From: Octopus sinensis
Lineage: Eukaryota
Reading direction: 5' to 3'
DNA: 64,000 bases
Assembly: GCF_006345805.1 (NCBI RefSeq)
Contig: NC_043000.1
Span: forward strand, 157,356,001-157,420,000
The position numbers were made by a program, and so were the translations under genes. This document shows positions 52,261 to 64,000 of this stretch, in pieces. The first letter of the stretch is position 1. The number at the start of each line of letters is the position of its first letter. The notes below the pieces were generated by a model that saw only the letters and a program-made list of their open reading frames with translations, was not told where the DNA came from and searched no databases.

Positions 52261-54940
52261 GGGGGGTGCGTGTATGTTTGTGTGTGTGTATGGGTGTATA
52301 GATATGTATGCATTTATTTTTGTGTATGAACACGTATGTATATATGCACCACTCTACGTATGTATGTATGTGTATATGTGTATATGTATGTACGTATATA
52401 CGTGTCTATATGGATGTATTGACATACCTATACGACCGTTTAGATGTATCTATAGCTGTGCGTGTATTGATTTATATATATATATATGTAAGTCAAATGT
52501 TGTTCATCAATATATCTCCATTTTCTGCTTTCTTTAAATTTAGACTCTTGATCAACTTATGTTTATCCTTGTCTTTACCTATAATTTATGAACATAATAT
52601 GCTTGCATATGTATATCTATGGTTAAACATAGTTAATATAGCGGTAGTATAATGGGTACTTCTATCCCTTAGACGGTTATTTTAACCTCTAACTCATTTA
52701 ACTTTACAAACACACATACACACACTCTTTTGCTCGTTTCAGCCATTTGGCCGTGGTCATGCATAAGTAAATGTAGGGATAAGAAAGTTAGGCAGATCAA
52801 AATATGAAGTATATTAAAAACATGGATTACAAAAAATGTATATATGTTTGCGTACAAAAAGGTCCAACTTATGCTGAATGCAAATGATACAGAGAATTAA
52901 AGGTGTTGAAGGAAGTATTTTTTGTATTTCGTGTATTTAATATACTTTGTATACTGATCTAACGTGCTTATCCCAATATTTACTGCTATATCCATTCAAG
53001 TTTAAATCTCTTGAGCCCTAATAAGTGTATTCTATACGGAGAATATCCGATTCTCATCTACGAACTACATATATATATATAGTTTGTCACAAAAATATAA
53101 CCACAAGGCGAATATCAAAAAAAGAAAGAAAGAAAAAACACAAAGATTTTAAACTGACAAGATACAGATTTATTTTTCTAGAAATGAAATACGGAAGATA
53201 TACTAATATTTTCTCTCTTACTGTTGTTTGAGAAGAACTCTTGACTTCAATAGGAGAGAAAATCACGGGTGGAAAACTTGTTTCCTTCGATTTCCAGATA
53301 AAAATATACATACATACCGACATTGATACAAATATCGATATATTATAATAAGTGAATATGCATAAAACAACCTTTCTATTTTCTAAAAATATCATTGCAT
53401 ATGTTTGGTTAGCAGATTATAAAGCTATCGATGGATTGATTAAACTTCCAACTACCAGTGTATCGATCATCAAAGAATATTGGACATTCGCTTGGATTTG
53501 GAGCTATAAAAATCCCATTTCCCAACTCTGCATAAACACAGGTCACACAGGATATCGTTATGAATTCATATTAATAGTGTCACTACGTTTGAAAATATGC
53601 TCTAGCTTGTTGTGTCATGTTCAGCTGTAATGGAATCAGAGCGTAACAGACCCATGAAACGTATCCATAATAATAGCAATACGCATCGAGCGTTACACAG
53701 ATAACTTCATGCTCTCACAAACCACTTTGAATATGTGTATTTATAAGTGCGTGTACGGGTGTGTATTTATCTTTACATGCATACACACGCACTTACACAC
53801 ACACACACACACGTATACACATACATACACACGCACACACACACGCATGCACACACACATATGCGCGCGCACAAACACATATGAGTGTGTAGGTGAGTTT
53901 GTGTGTGTGACTTCACGCAAATGTCGCGCCTCTCTCTACCCCTCTCTCTCTCGCACCCTCTCTTTCTATATATGTGTGTGTGTCTTTTTCGTATATGTGT
54001 CCATGTGTTTATGTGTGTAGTGAGTAGACTTTCCCACAGACATGAGTGAGTACGGAGGTTGTGTAAAGACAAATACTGCATCGCTCTGTAAATAACCATA
54101 CGCAGCGTTTCCCGGAGAGACTATCTAATGCTCTCGTTGGACCACAAAGCTGTAGTCTGTTGCATTTGGCAAACGTAGCAGGTACCCATCGTCATCTCCA
54201 AACCCTTCAAACTACACGACAGAACAGATGTAATACATACATTAATTGAAAACCCTAGTTTTGTACACAAAATAAAACCACAAGTAGAATGGAAAACTCC
54301 ATAATCAGTCCCGTATATTGGTACGGCTTTCCTTTCATTAGAAACACACAACTAAATATTTTATTGGAATAATCAAGGAAGAGACTCATTGATATACATC
54401 CTGCCATTAAAATGGTTTCCAGGCATCCTCGTCTTGTTTGTCGATTTTATTATGACTGTTTAGAGAAAAGTTACCGTATTAGGTTACAAGAAACAAATTA
54501 TGCTAATTGTCAAGATAGTACGCGACTGTTTATGGTTTTATTGAAAGTGAACAACCAAAACTCCTGCAATGGAATCTTTTAGAAATTATAATGCAGTTTA
54601 TTTTAGACACTCTCCTTTATATAGACACAGGCACGCACACACACACGCACCCACACACACACACACACACACAGATACTTACATATATTTTATGTAAAAA
54701 TCGAATGAGAAACACATACTATCTGTTTTTCTCTGCCAGAGTTTGACAAGAATGCTTGTCAAACTGCGGAATGAGAGAAAAAGTTAGTAATTTTGTTGTA
54801 TTTCATCTTTAGAAGAGCAAAAGCAAAAAAGTATGGACAATGTCGGCTTAAAAGCATTGAGTTCCCTAATTTGCCTCGGGCTTTATATGTTTTCCCGAAC
54901 AAAACTACAACATACATACATAAGTAGTATAGATAGCACA

Positions 54941-55155
54941 GGCGAGCTGGCAGAAACGTTAGCACGCCGGGAAAAATGCGTAGCCGTATTTCGTTCTGAG
55001 TTCAAATTCCCTCGAGGTCGACTTTGCCTTTCATCTTTTCGGAGTCGATTAAATAAGTATCAGTTACGCACTGGAGTCGATGAGTCGACTTAATCCGTTT
55101 GTCTGTCTTGGTTTGTCCCCTCTGTGTGTAGCCCCTTGTGGGCAGTAAAGAAATA
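54941..55155 (+). mobile_element. SINE family C with an exact 10-bp target-site duplication
   Basis: Flanked by agatagcaca at 54931-54940 and 55156-55165. Confidence 0.92.
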
Positions 55156-55503
55156 AGATAGCACATTTATTTATACATACATCTGTATATATTATATATA
55201 TATGTCCATACACTATATATAGAAGCAATATTTACTTTCGCCATAATGTACATTGTTGGCTAAACATTTTTCGATTTATTTTATATTACAGCAATGAAAC
55301 TAAACGCTTTTCACAAAACCCAAATTCAGTATTCGAAATATTTGTCACAAAGTGTTAAATATGCAAATCAATCTATCCAGTTTACAGAAATCACTAATGC
55401 AGAAAACTTATAGCCAATATGCTCATGGATAGGTCACGGTGTGTGGGTGCTTAGACTTGTAACCAGCATGTACAGCTGATTTCATAAAGGCGCTAGTTTA
55501 CGT

Positions 55504-55792
55504 CAGTGGTTCCCAAAGTGAGCGGTACTGCACTCCCTGGGAGCAGTGGAAAGATCCAGGGGCGGGAGGAGTATGGCGTTAAAGAAAAGAGGGGCGATAA
55601 TGGGGTAGCCAAAAGGGTCTATGGATGTGAAAGCCATAAAAAATAGGATAAGTTGTACTTGGGATATACAGTTGTTTTGAATTTGCTTCAGAAAGTGGTA
55701 TATGTTTGTAGTGATGGGTGGGAGAGAAGTCACTAGAAATGTAGGTTGGGTGCCAAGAGGGTGGCAGCCAGAAAAAAGTTTAGGAAGCACTG
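55504..55792. mobile_element. hAT (Charlie-like) MITE, 289 bp
   Basis: Termini CAGTGGTTCCCAAA...tttaggaagCACTG. The 8-bp flanks gtttacgt and gttttcat (6/8 identical) fit a decayed TSD. Confidence 0.75.
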
Positions 55793-56423
55793 GTTTTCAT
55801 TAAACGTAATATAGTTTTTGCAGAACATCAAAACCGGTCCCTGTAAGCATAATATGATTTATCTTCTACTTCAGTACACCTTTTGGGCTACAACATGCAA
55901 TGGAATTCCTTCGGTAAAACTCCTTTTTATACGAGAACTCTTCAATTTTTCTTTCTATTTCTCTTTTTTTTATGTTGCGAATGTAAAACTCACTTATGCA
56001 TTAATACATCTACAAAAAATTTTTATATGGGAACATTTGCTATGTGAAAACATATTTTCGTATTTCTACTTTCATATATATATATAAATATAAAATAAAA
56101 ATACTTGCCTCCTACGTTAAAAAAATAAAACGGCGACCTGACATATGTGTTTGTGTATGTGTCAGTGTGTGTGTGTGTGTGCGTGTATCAGTGCGCGCAA
56201 ACGCACGTACAGAAGACAGGTCACTGTTGTTCCCTCGCCACCCATACATCAAGCCAACTTCTTCGTTTTCTTTGAATATTTAACTCTAATTTTCCGCCTA
56301 ACTTTATCTTTTCTGTAGAAGAGCGAGACAGAAACGTTAGGCCTCTTCCAATTTTCCTGAGCGTCAACCTAATACATACTGTTGTTCTTTTACCAAGGCT
56401 TTGTGTTTCGTTTATTTTTTGAC

Positions 56424-56477
<54 letters not shown>

Positions 56478-56480
<3 letters not shown>

Positions 56481-56812
56481 GGTAAAGACCCCCTTCGGTC
56501 ATGAATGACCATGGGATTGCACCTAGAAAGTTACCCTCCTAGACACAAGTCCGGGCAAGGTTGTTTATGGAAGACCAGCAGTCGCCCATGCATACCAGCC
56601 TCCCCTCTCCACGCCACCAGTGTTATCCAAGGGAAAGACAAAGGTCGATACAGCTTGGCACCAGTGACGTCGCAACTCATTTCTACAGCTGAGTGAACTG
56701 GAGCAACGTGAAATAAAGTGCCTTGCTCGAGAACACAACACGCAGCCCGGTCCGGGATTCGAGCTCACAACCTCCCGATCGTAAGCTCGACGCTCTAACC
56801 ACTGAGCCATGC

Positions 56813-56815
<3 letters not shown>
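56478..56815 (-). mobile_element. SINE family D (B-like head and core, different 3' half)
   Basis: Head ggcgcatggctcagtggttagagcg..ctcgaatccc, 3' half ending ggtgcaatcccatggtcattcatgaccgaagggg. Confidence 0.85.
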
Positions 56816-56850
<35 letters not shown>

Positions 56851-57095
56851 TACACACATATATATATATATGTGAGTATGTGTGTGTGCGTGTGTATCTG
56901 TGTCTGCTAGCATGCCGAAACTTCGAAGTTACTCTCACCATTCTTCTTGTAATTGTACAATAAATATGTTTGTTGCAATAAGTACTAAAAAAGTATTGAG
57001 TAGATCATTTTCAGGATTACGCTAGCTTTTGAATTCCATCGGAGCACGTCGTATTTGTACCTTTGGTTTTGTGTGTGTGTGTGTATATATATATA

Positions 57096-57507
57096 GGCGC
57101 AGGAGTAGCTGTGTGGTAAGTAACTTGCTTACCAACCACATAGTTCCGGATTCAGCTCCATTGCGTGACACCTTGGGCAAGTGTCCTCTACTATAGCCTC
57201 GGGTGAGTGGATTTGGCGGAAAGAAACTGAAAGAAGTCCGTCGTATATATATATAAATATATATATATATATAGTGAGAATTTACAAAAAAAAAAAAGAA
57301 AAAAGACGGATGACTCCTGAACCGGGTGACGCGTTTTGTTCTTAAGCAAAACACTTCATTTCACGTTGCTTCACTCCACTCAGCTGACAGAAATGAGTTA
57401 CGCTGCGATGGACTGGCGTCCCGTTCAGCTGGGGAACACATACACCATTGAAACCCGGAAACGGGGCCCATGAACCTGGCTAGGCTTTAAAAGGCCGCAT
57501 TTATTTT
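57096..57507 (+). mobile_element. 5' half of SINE A (57096-~57245) followed by a headless SINE B (~57315-57507)
   Basis: The family A head stops at its internal (TA)n. An A-rich spacer follows, then the family B body and tail. Confidence 0.75.
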
Positions 57508-58479
57508 ACTATGTTCTTTTGTGGGCAGAAAGAAGATGGACCAACGTCAGGTAAAGAAGATCTATCTCCAGTTCACGAAGCAATTAATCGCTCTAGCTGC
57601 ATATACTGTATATATTTCAACACATCACAAAACTGTTTTCTCTATTTTTTTTTTTTTTCGTTTTGCAAAACAGTGCATGCGGTAGTCATGTAAGTGCATA
57701 TTTGTCCTCGCGGAGAGTCTAAAAAGCTAATAGTATAATTAGTTCACTTGTTTTGCACACTTAAAGTAAAATTTCATGTTTACCAAGAAAGTCATATTGT
57801 AGTATTCTAAAATCTAGAACCACAGCTATAGGCATGCAATCATACTTATGTATGTGTGTGTGTGTATGTGTGTATGTATGCATACATACAAACACACGCA
57901 CACACAGACGCACGTAAACACACATATATGTATATATATACATACATACAGGAACTGAATGTTATAGGTAAAAAAATGAAGCGAAGAAATTTACAAGTCC
58001 CACACGGTGAAGTATCACTCGTCTGCTTCGCACAAATATGTACATGAATACACACATACACATATATGTGCAGCGTGTACACATATATATGTATGTATGT
58101 ATGTATGTATATACATATACATACATACATACATACATACATACATACATACATACATACATCATACATACATGCATAAATACACACACACATACACTTA
58201 TATGCACACACACACCTTTATTTTGTATCGTAAAATTGCATTGAAAAGCATTTTGGGAATATATTAAAGCAGTATCCGGAATATATTCTTCAATTTACGG
58301 GTTACAGAGATGCAGTTTTTGCTCGGGCTCTCATTGAAAAATAAATGCCATATTAAGATGATTTCCTTAGGAATACGCATTTGAATGCGACGATTTGTGC
58401 CTACATTTGCTGGTGATGTGTATATATGTTTATGTGTATGTATTTATATTTAAGCATAGGTATACACAGAACCCAGCAG

Positions 58480-58568
<89 letters not shown>

Positions 58569-58576
58569 GCTAGCTA

Positions 58577-58613
<37 letters not shown>

Positions 58614-59876
58614 GTATTTTACGTTGCTCCAGACCACTCAGCTGGCAAAAAAGAGTAACGCTGCGACAGACAGGCGTCCCGTCCAGCTGGGGAACACATA
58701 CACCATAGAAACCGGGAAACCGGGCCCATGAGCCTGGCTAGGCTTTAAAAAGGGCGCATTTATTATTTATTTATTTCTAACACGAAGAGGTGAGTTAAAA
58801 GAAAATAGTTTTCTTGTACAATATGTACAAAATATGAAGCAGACATCAATGTGGAGATAATGTTTAGGCAGAACGCAATGAAATATTTTTTATAAAACAC
58901 TACCAAATGATCAAACCATCTAATTGTTCAAATACCAGGTCGAAAGCAGGCCTTAGATGAGGTTATCACATGCACCATATTATTTCTGCTAAAACACGAC
59001 ATAGCAGTGCTTATTGGGTTCCTATGAAATTGTCACGAAAAAGCGATACCCTCTAGTGCAGAAGTTATAAATGAATAGATTGTTATATTTGAACAGAATG
59101 GAGGGAATGATATGCTGTGGCAAGCTGGAAAGAACCTGTGACTAAGTTGTCTGCATTCTTTGGAATTATATATGTTGCGCCATAGGTTAATTATATGGTT
59201 TATTCAAATAATTACGCAGAGGACAAGATAGAAGACGCGAGGCATTTAAGAGGAACAGATTTGGAAGTGTGATGGAAAATGACTGTCTTAGTGACACAAT
59301 TGGCATGGTTCTCTTATCAAACTGTACTTCTATTACGGAGATCCATACTGTTTGAGAATGCTATTATTCTATAAGAGTTTTGCCAAGACTCGTTGGTTGG
59401 ATTGCATTAACAGCTGATGAAAAGGCTCACAAAAGATCGGGATAATCTGCTTCAAGAAACAGTCAATGTATATTTTGGGAAAGTATTTGTGACAGCATAC
59501 ATGCATACATACGTACATACATAATACATACATACTTTCATACATACGTAATATGTACTCGCGTACTTACATAGACACCCACATGCACTCGTGCGCACAT
59601 ACACAAGCACGCACGCACACACACACACATGAACATGCATTCACACGTATGTTACCATCCGATCTCATTGCTCTCTAAGACTGTCACACATGTACTTCAA
59701 GTGAAGGAAAATGCATCGTAAGGTATTAGAAGAGCTAACATGCAGGATTGTTAATGAAGTGCTTTGGATAATGGCAGGACATATGGAATATAATGGTATT
59801 GATATTGAAAAAAATTTTAATCTTCTCTGATTCTTCTATAAGTATAACTGGAGATCACGAAACGGACAGTTTAGCA

Positions 59877-60031
59877 GCAGGGATAGAACACTATTCAACA
59901 AAGCTGAGCAGGGATAGAACACTATTCAACAAAGCTGAGCAGGGATAGAACACTATTCAACAAAGCTGAGCAGGGATAGAACACTATTCAACAAAGCTGA
60001 GCAGGGATAGAACACTATTCAACAAAGCTGA
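59877..60031. repeat. Minisatellite: five identical copies of a 31-bp unit
   Basis: gcagggatagaacactattcaacaaagctga x5, head to tail, no spacers. Confidence 0.97.
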
Positions 60032-60721
60032 AACCTATGATAAAATCCTTTATTTCTGTTCTGTGAACAAAGTAGGAAACCATTTATGTGTCACATCAAT
60101 CATAGAAGCATACAGATAATCTTATCTGGTTCTACAGGAAGTGGCAAGAGCTTCCACTATTCAAAAATAATTGCCAAAGTGTGTTAAGAAAACGTTATCG
60201 CTCTACAACAGCTATATTAGGAATCGTTGCAACATTTCCACCTAATAACCAAACTGTATGTTCTCGCTTCAAAGTGTGTTGAAATATGAGAACTCTAATT
60301 GCAATATTTCACCAAGGAGTACAATTAGCAATTAATTAGCCGAGTAAGCCTGGTGGTCATATATCAGGTAATTGATGCCAGTCGGAAAGAGTTTAAGACA
60401 ATGGACTGCATATTCCATAATATTAATGAAATGGAAAAACGTGGCGGTGGTACTACAATGGCATCGTCTAGTGACAGGTGTAAAATTTCCCTTCTGTACA
60501 ACCCGAAGTTTGAGCAGAAATATTTAATAAATATTTCAAGATCTCTCTATTTTGGGAAGAATTTAAAATCAAATGACTCACCAGAAATGTAGACTGGAGA
60601 AAGCGACAGTAGAAAAGTTTCTCTGATCTTCCACTTAGAAGGAAGCGAGCCATGTTAGCTAAATCGATCATAAATCATAAATAAAACCAAAGAAACCTGA
60701 ACTAAAAAGAAACCTGAAATA

Positions 60722-61118
60722 GGTGCAGGAGTGGCTGTGTGGTAAGTAGCTTGCTAACCAACCACATGATTCCGGGTTCAGTCCCACTGCATGGCACCTT
60801 GGGCAAGTGTCTTCTGCTATAGCCCCGGGCCGACCAATGCCTTGTGAGTGGATTTGGTAGACGGAAACTGAAAGAAGCCTGTCGTATATATGTATATATA
60901 TGTATGTATGTGTGTGTGTGTTTGCGTGTCTGTGTCTGTTCCCTAGCATTGCTTGACAACCGATGCTGGTGTGTTTGCGTCCCCGTCACTTAGCGGTTCG
61001 GCAAAAGAGACCGATAGAATAAGTACTGGGCTTACAAAGAATAAGTCCCAGGGTCGATTTGCTCGACTAAAGGCCGCGCTCCAGCATGGCCACAGTCAAA
61101 TGACTGAAACAAGTAAAA
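60722..61118 (+). mobile_element. SINE family A inserted in the fossil Helitron
   Basis: High identity to 41494-41905. It interrupts the helicase motifs. Confidence 0.9.
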
Positions 61119-63562
61119 CAGTAATCAGTAAAACAGTAATTCTTAAAAGCTTTGCGCTATATTTTTGCAGATCTCCTGTAAACTTTTAAATCTATGGAAT
61201 GGATTTGCAAGTGTGCAAATCTTTGTCCAATTAATGACATTATGATAGAATGCTTTCCAGATCAATTCAAAGAATATTTAAACGTTGGCTTACTCCTCAG
61301 TGTATTGGAAATTTAAACCAATTTGTTTGAGTGGCATGGCGCGAGAAAGGCTGCTTCTCAACGATTTTGCGCCCATTAGACTTAGAAATTTAGATGCAGT
61401 TAATGGCCGTTGCAATAGGAATAAGATATGTTGTAAAGAGGCTCAATAGCACAATTATTTACGTTGTTACTGCTTCTGATGTCTATAAAGGGAAAGATTT
61501 ATTTATCTCGAGAATATGAAACCAAATCACCCTGCACTATCACTTCAAATGAAAAAGCATCAATTTCTGCAGAAATTAAATGTTTATTCGATAATTCACG
61601 AAAACCAAGATCCAACGATTTCGATGTTCGGTATGTACTTAAAGAAAAACGAATACTTGTCACGTAGAACAAAGTTATGTAACTGTGGTTGAAGAGAAAA
61701 TAGAAAATGGAGCTTTTACAGAATAATTCTCTAGACTAATATATTAGATTAAACTATTGCTTATTAATTTCTTATTTCATATATAGCGTTTTTTAAACAT
61801 AATACAATGTTGATCTTAAAGAGATATAAAGTTCACAGAAAAAACTTGGCAATTTTTCATGAAACAAGAGGCATTTTAGTTGTTCACTATTGTTGTTATT
61901 TGTACCAAGAAAACACCCTGGTCTTTAAGTCATTTTGCCTGTAAAATGCAAAACACAAACAAAAGACATTCTAATAAGTTCTAGCTCTCGCTTAAACAGG
62001 ATGTAGTGATCTATTGCTCCTCTTTCAAGCAGAATATTATTGAACTCAGTACATAACTAAAGTGGAGGCTTATCAACTCAAATTCACATTTTCAGCTGTT
62101 GTAAATAACATGTTATACCGAATGGGAAACACTTCGCCGCAATGATTGCCAAAAATATTTTAATTTAGTTTCTAAACGTGGTGAAAACCACTTGTAGCTT
62201 AAGTTAATTTGAGGCAGCTATAAAAGCTTGGAAATATATCAAAAAGGTAAAAAAAAGGTGTATAGAGTATGAACATTTAGTTGTTTTTCTTTCTGCAAAA
62301 TATGTTCTTAAAGTTTCTAATCGTTGGTAGCCATGGATAGCGGTATTTAATACTTCTTTGGAGCCGTCAGTAAAGCATAATATGAAGTAAGCTAAGCTAA
62401 GCAATATTCAACATTCTACGAAGTTAAATATTTCGTATGATGAGAAAATTTATAGTTTTAAAGTCATACTCGATTTTGTTCTCATCCTAAATCGCAAATT
62501 GATATTGTTTTTACACTATGTAGAGGAATCAATGAATTTGTATTTAAAACAATATTTACAATGTTATTTTATAAATTACTCGAATGAGTTGTTAAAACAC
62601 CATCATATATCTTTGCATTTTCTATACGTTTATGTAAACCCTACCTTTATTAATATTTTCACTCGAAACTTAATATATTTTCTGTAAGTATTTCTGTCCA
62701 TTACGAAACCTGTCCTTTCAAAATACTGTAAGAACGCGTGCTATTTTATAAATTCGCATTTTTAAACCACCTAGCAAGAAGAGATTCATATTTCTGGTGG
62801 TCCGTTGGTAAATACAGAAAAACTGATACGCAGTAATTTATCTATTGCCATTAATCTTGCTCATTTATTTTTCAGAAACATCTCATCATATCACTTTAAT
62901 CATAAGTCTACTGCTTACCATTAATATGACTTTAAACATCTCAATATTCAATAAATACGTAAAACGAGTATTTATGTTCCCATTTCATTATCTCAGTTTG
63001 TAGGACAGTTATCGAGCTAATCCGTCAAAATATAAGCTTTTACATTCATCTGTTTTCGATTTCCAGCTTTCAAATGCTACGCGTTATTTCATTGTATGGC
63101 CGAGGTCGTATATTCATAACCCCCATTTAAAGCTATACAATTACATACCAAAACCCAAACACACCCAGGGACACCCATGAGCAAAGACAGAAAGAGAGAG
63201 AGAGAGAGTGGGGGGGGGAGGAGAGAGGCACACAATGTAATGCAATATGTATATTTTTTTAATTGACTACATCACAACGTGTACATATGTGTACGCATGC
63301 ATATATATATATATATATATATATATGCATATATTAAACTTACATATACAAACACATATATGTGTGTGTATACATATATACACATATGTATATGCATGCA
63401 TATGCACACATGTATATATATGCGCACGCACACAGTGATATCACGGAAGAATCATGTTACACATATGGTGTTGTATTCACTATTGTTTTATTTCTGGATA
63501 ATGTTAACGGAAATGGAAGAAAAGTAATTGCAGATTACGTAACTTGCCAAACAAGTACAAAG

Positions 63563-63639
<77 letters not shown>

Positions 63640-64000
63640 ATGTATATATATATGTGTATGTGCATTTATATATATCTAAAGGCATACATGTATGTATCTA
63701 TGCATGTATGTATCTATCCATCTATCTATCATCTATCTATATATGGTTGTATGAATATACTAAAATAAAAGTATAAATAAAAATATAAATAGACTAACAA
63801 CTGGTTCCAGGACAGATTGTTTAAACTTTGGCGAAGCATGGGAGTAGAACTGAATGCTACAGGAATATAGATTACCAGAGGTCGATAAAAGATTAGTTGA
63901 GGAATGGTCACACTGGTTGCGATACATGTTGCTATTCGCCCTGAATAGTTATAGAGTAAGTTCAAATTCTTGACATTAAGTAATAGATAAAGCGGTCATT

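Larger units (their letters stand above)
58810..61700 (+). mobile_element. Fossil Helitron Rep/PIF1-helicase coding region with later insertions
   Basis: Collinear decayed motifs: KYEADINVEI..MKY (~58830), TKLSAFF, YCLRMLL (~59360), Walker A LSGSTGSGKSF (~60120), GIVATF..TVCSRFK, RGGG..SSD (ORF 60353), LRNLDAVNGRCN..RYVVKRL..KGKDLFISRI (~61380-61520), QMKKHQF, HENQDPT..GMYL..QSYV (~61600-61690). Confidence 0.85.

Noticed and set aside
54412-54455. Minus-strand DKQDEDAWKP, faintly like KCNQ DRRGGTWKL
   Set aside because: Poor match, followed by a stop, and on the wrong side of the identified exon.
59877-60031. 31-bp repeats as a CRISPR array
   Set aside because: No spacers between units, eukaryotic context and no cas genes.
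62204-62404. ORF containing FTDGSK (RNase H-like word)
   Set aside because: No further RNase H motifs. A six-residue match is expected by chance.
416-63965. Dozens of ORFs rich in YI, SL, CV, HT, ER, LSIY or poly-I/L/M
   Set aside because: They are translations of microsatellites that lack stop codons in some frames.

Overview
AT-rich, microsatellite-saturated animal genomic DNA whose SINE and microsatellite repertoire suggests an octopod cephalopod (inference, no database search). The only host-gene sequence I can support is one 127-nt minus-strand exon (49502-49628) of a KCNQ/Kv7 potassium channel (end of S2, S2-S3 linker, start of S3) with canonical splice sites. I found no neighbouring KCNQ exons by eye, so the rest is probably very long intron. 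It is filled with transposon remains: a decayed Ty3/gypsy element, four R4/Dong-type fragments beside (TAA)n, Tx1/L1, CR1 and RTE fragments, a deleted mariner, a hAT MITE, a fossil Helitron, Helitron-like non-autonomous elements and several modular tRNA-derived SINE families. Most notable: (1) a perfect 132-bp palindrome encoding a type I hammerhead ribozyme fold on both strands, (2) an 80-bp snap-back at the 5' junction of a Dong insertion, (3) two SINE families whose 3' tails match LINE 3' ends in the same window (Tx1/L1 and CR1), and (4) a (TAA)n insertion hotspot. Nearly all ORFs in the supplied track are microsatellite artefacts. All alignments were done by eye, and repeat boundaries are approximate unless stated as exact. 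I cannot show that any of this is previously undescribed.
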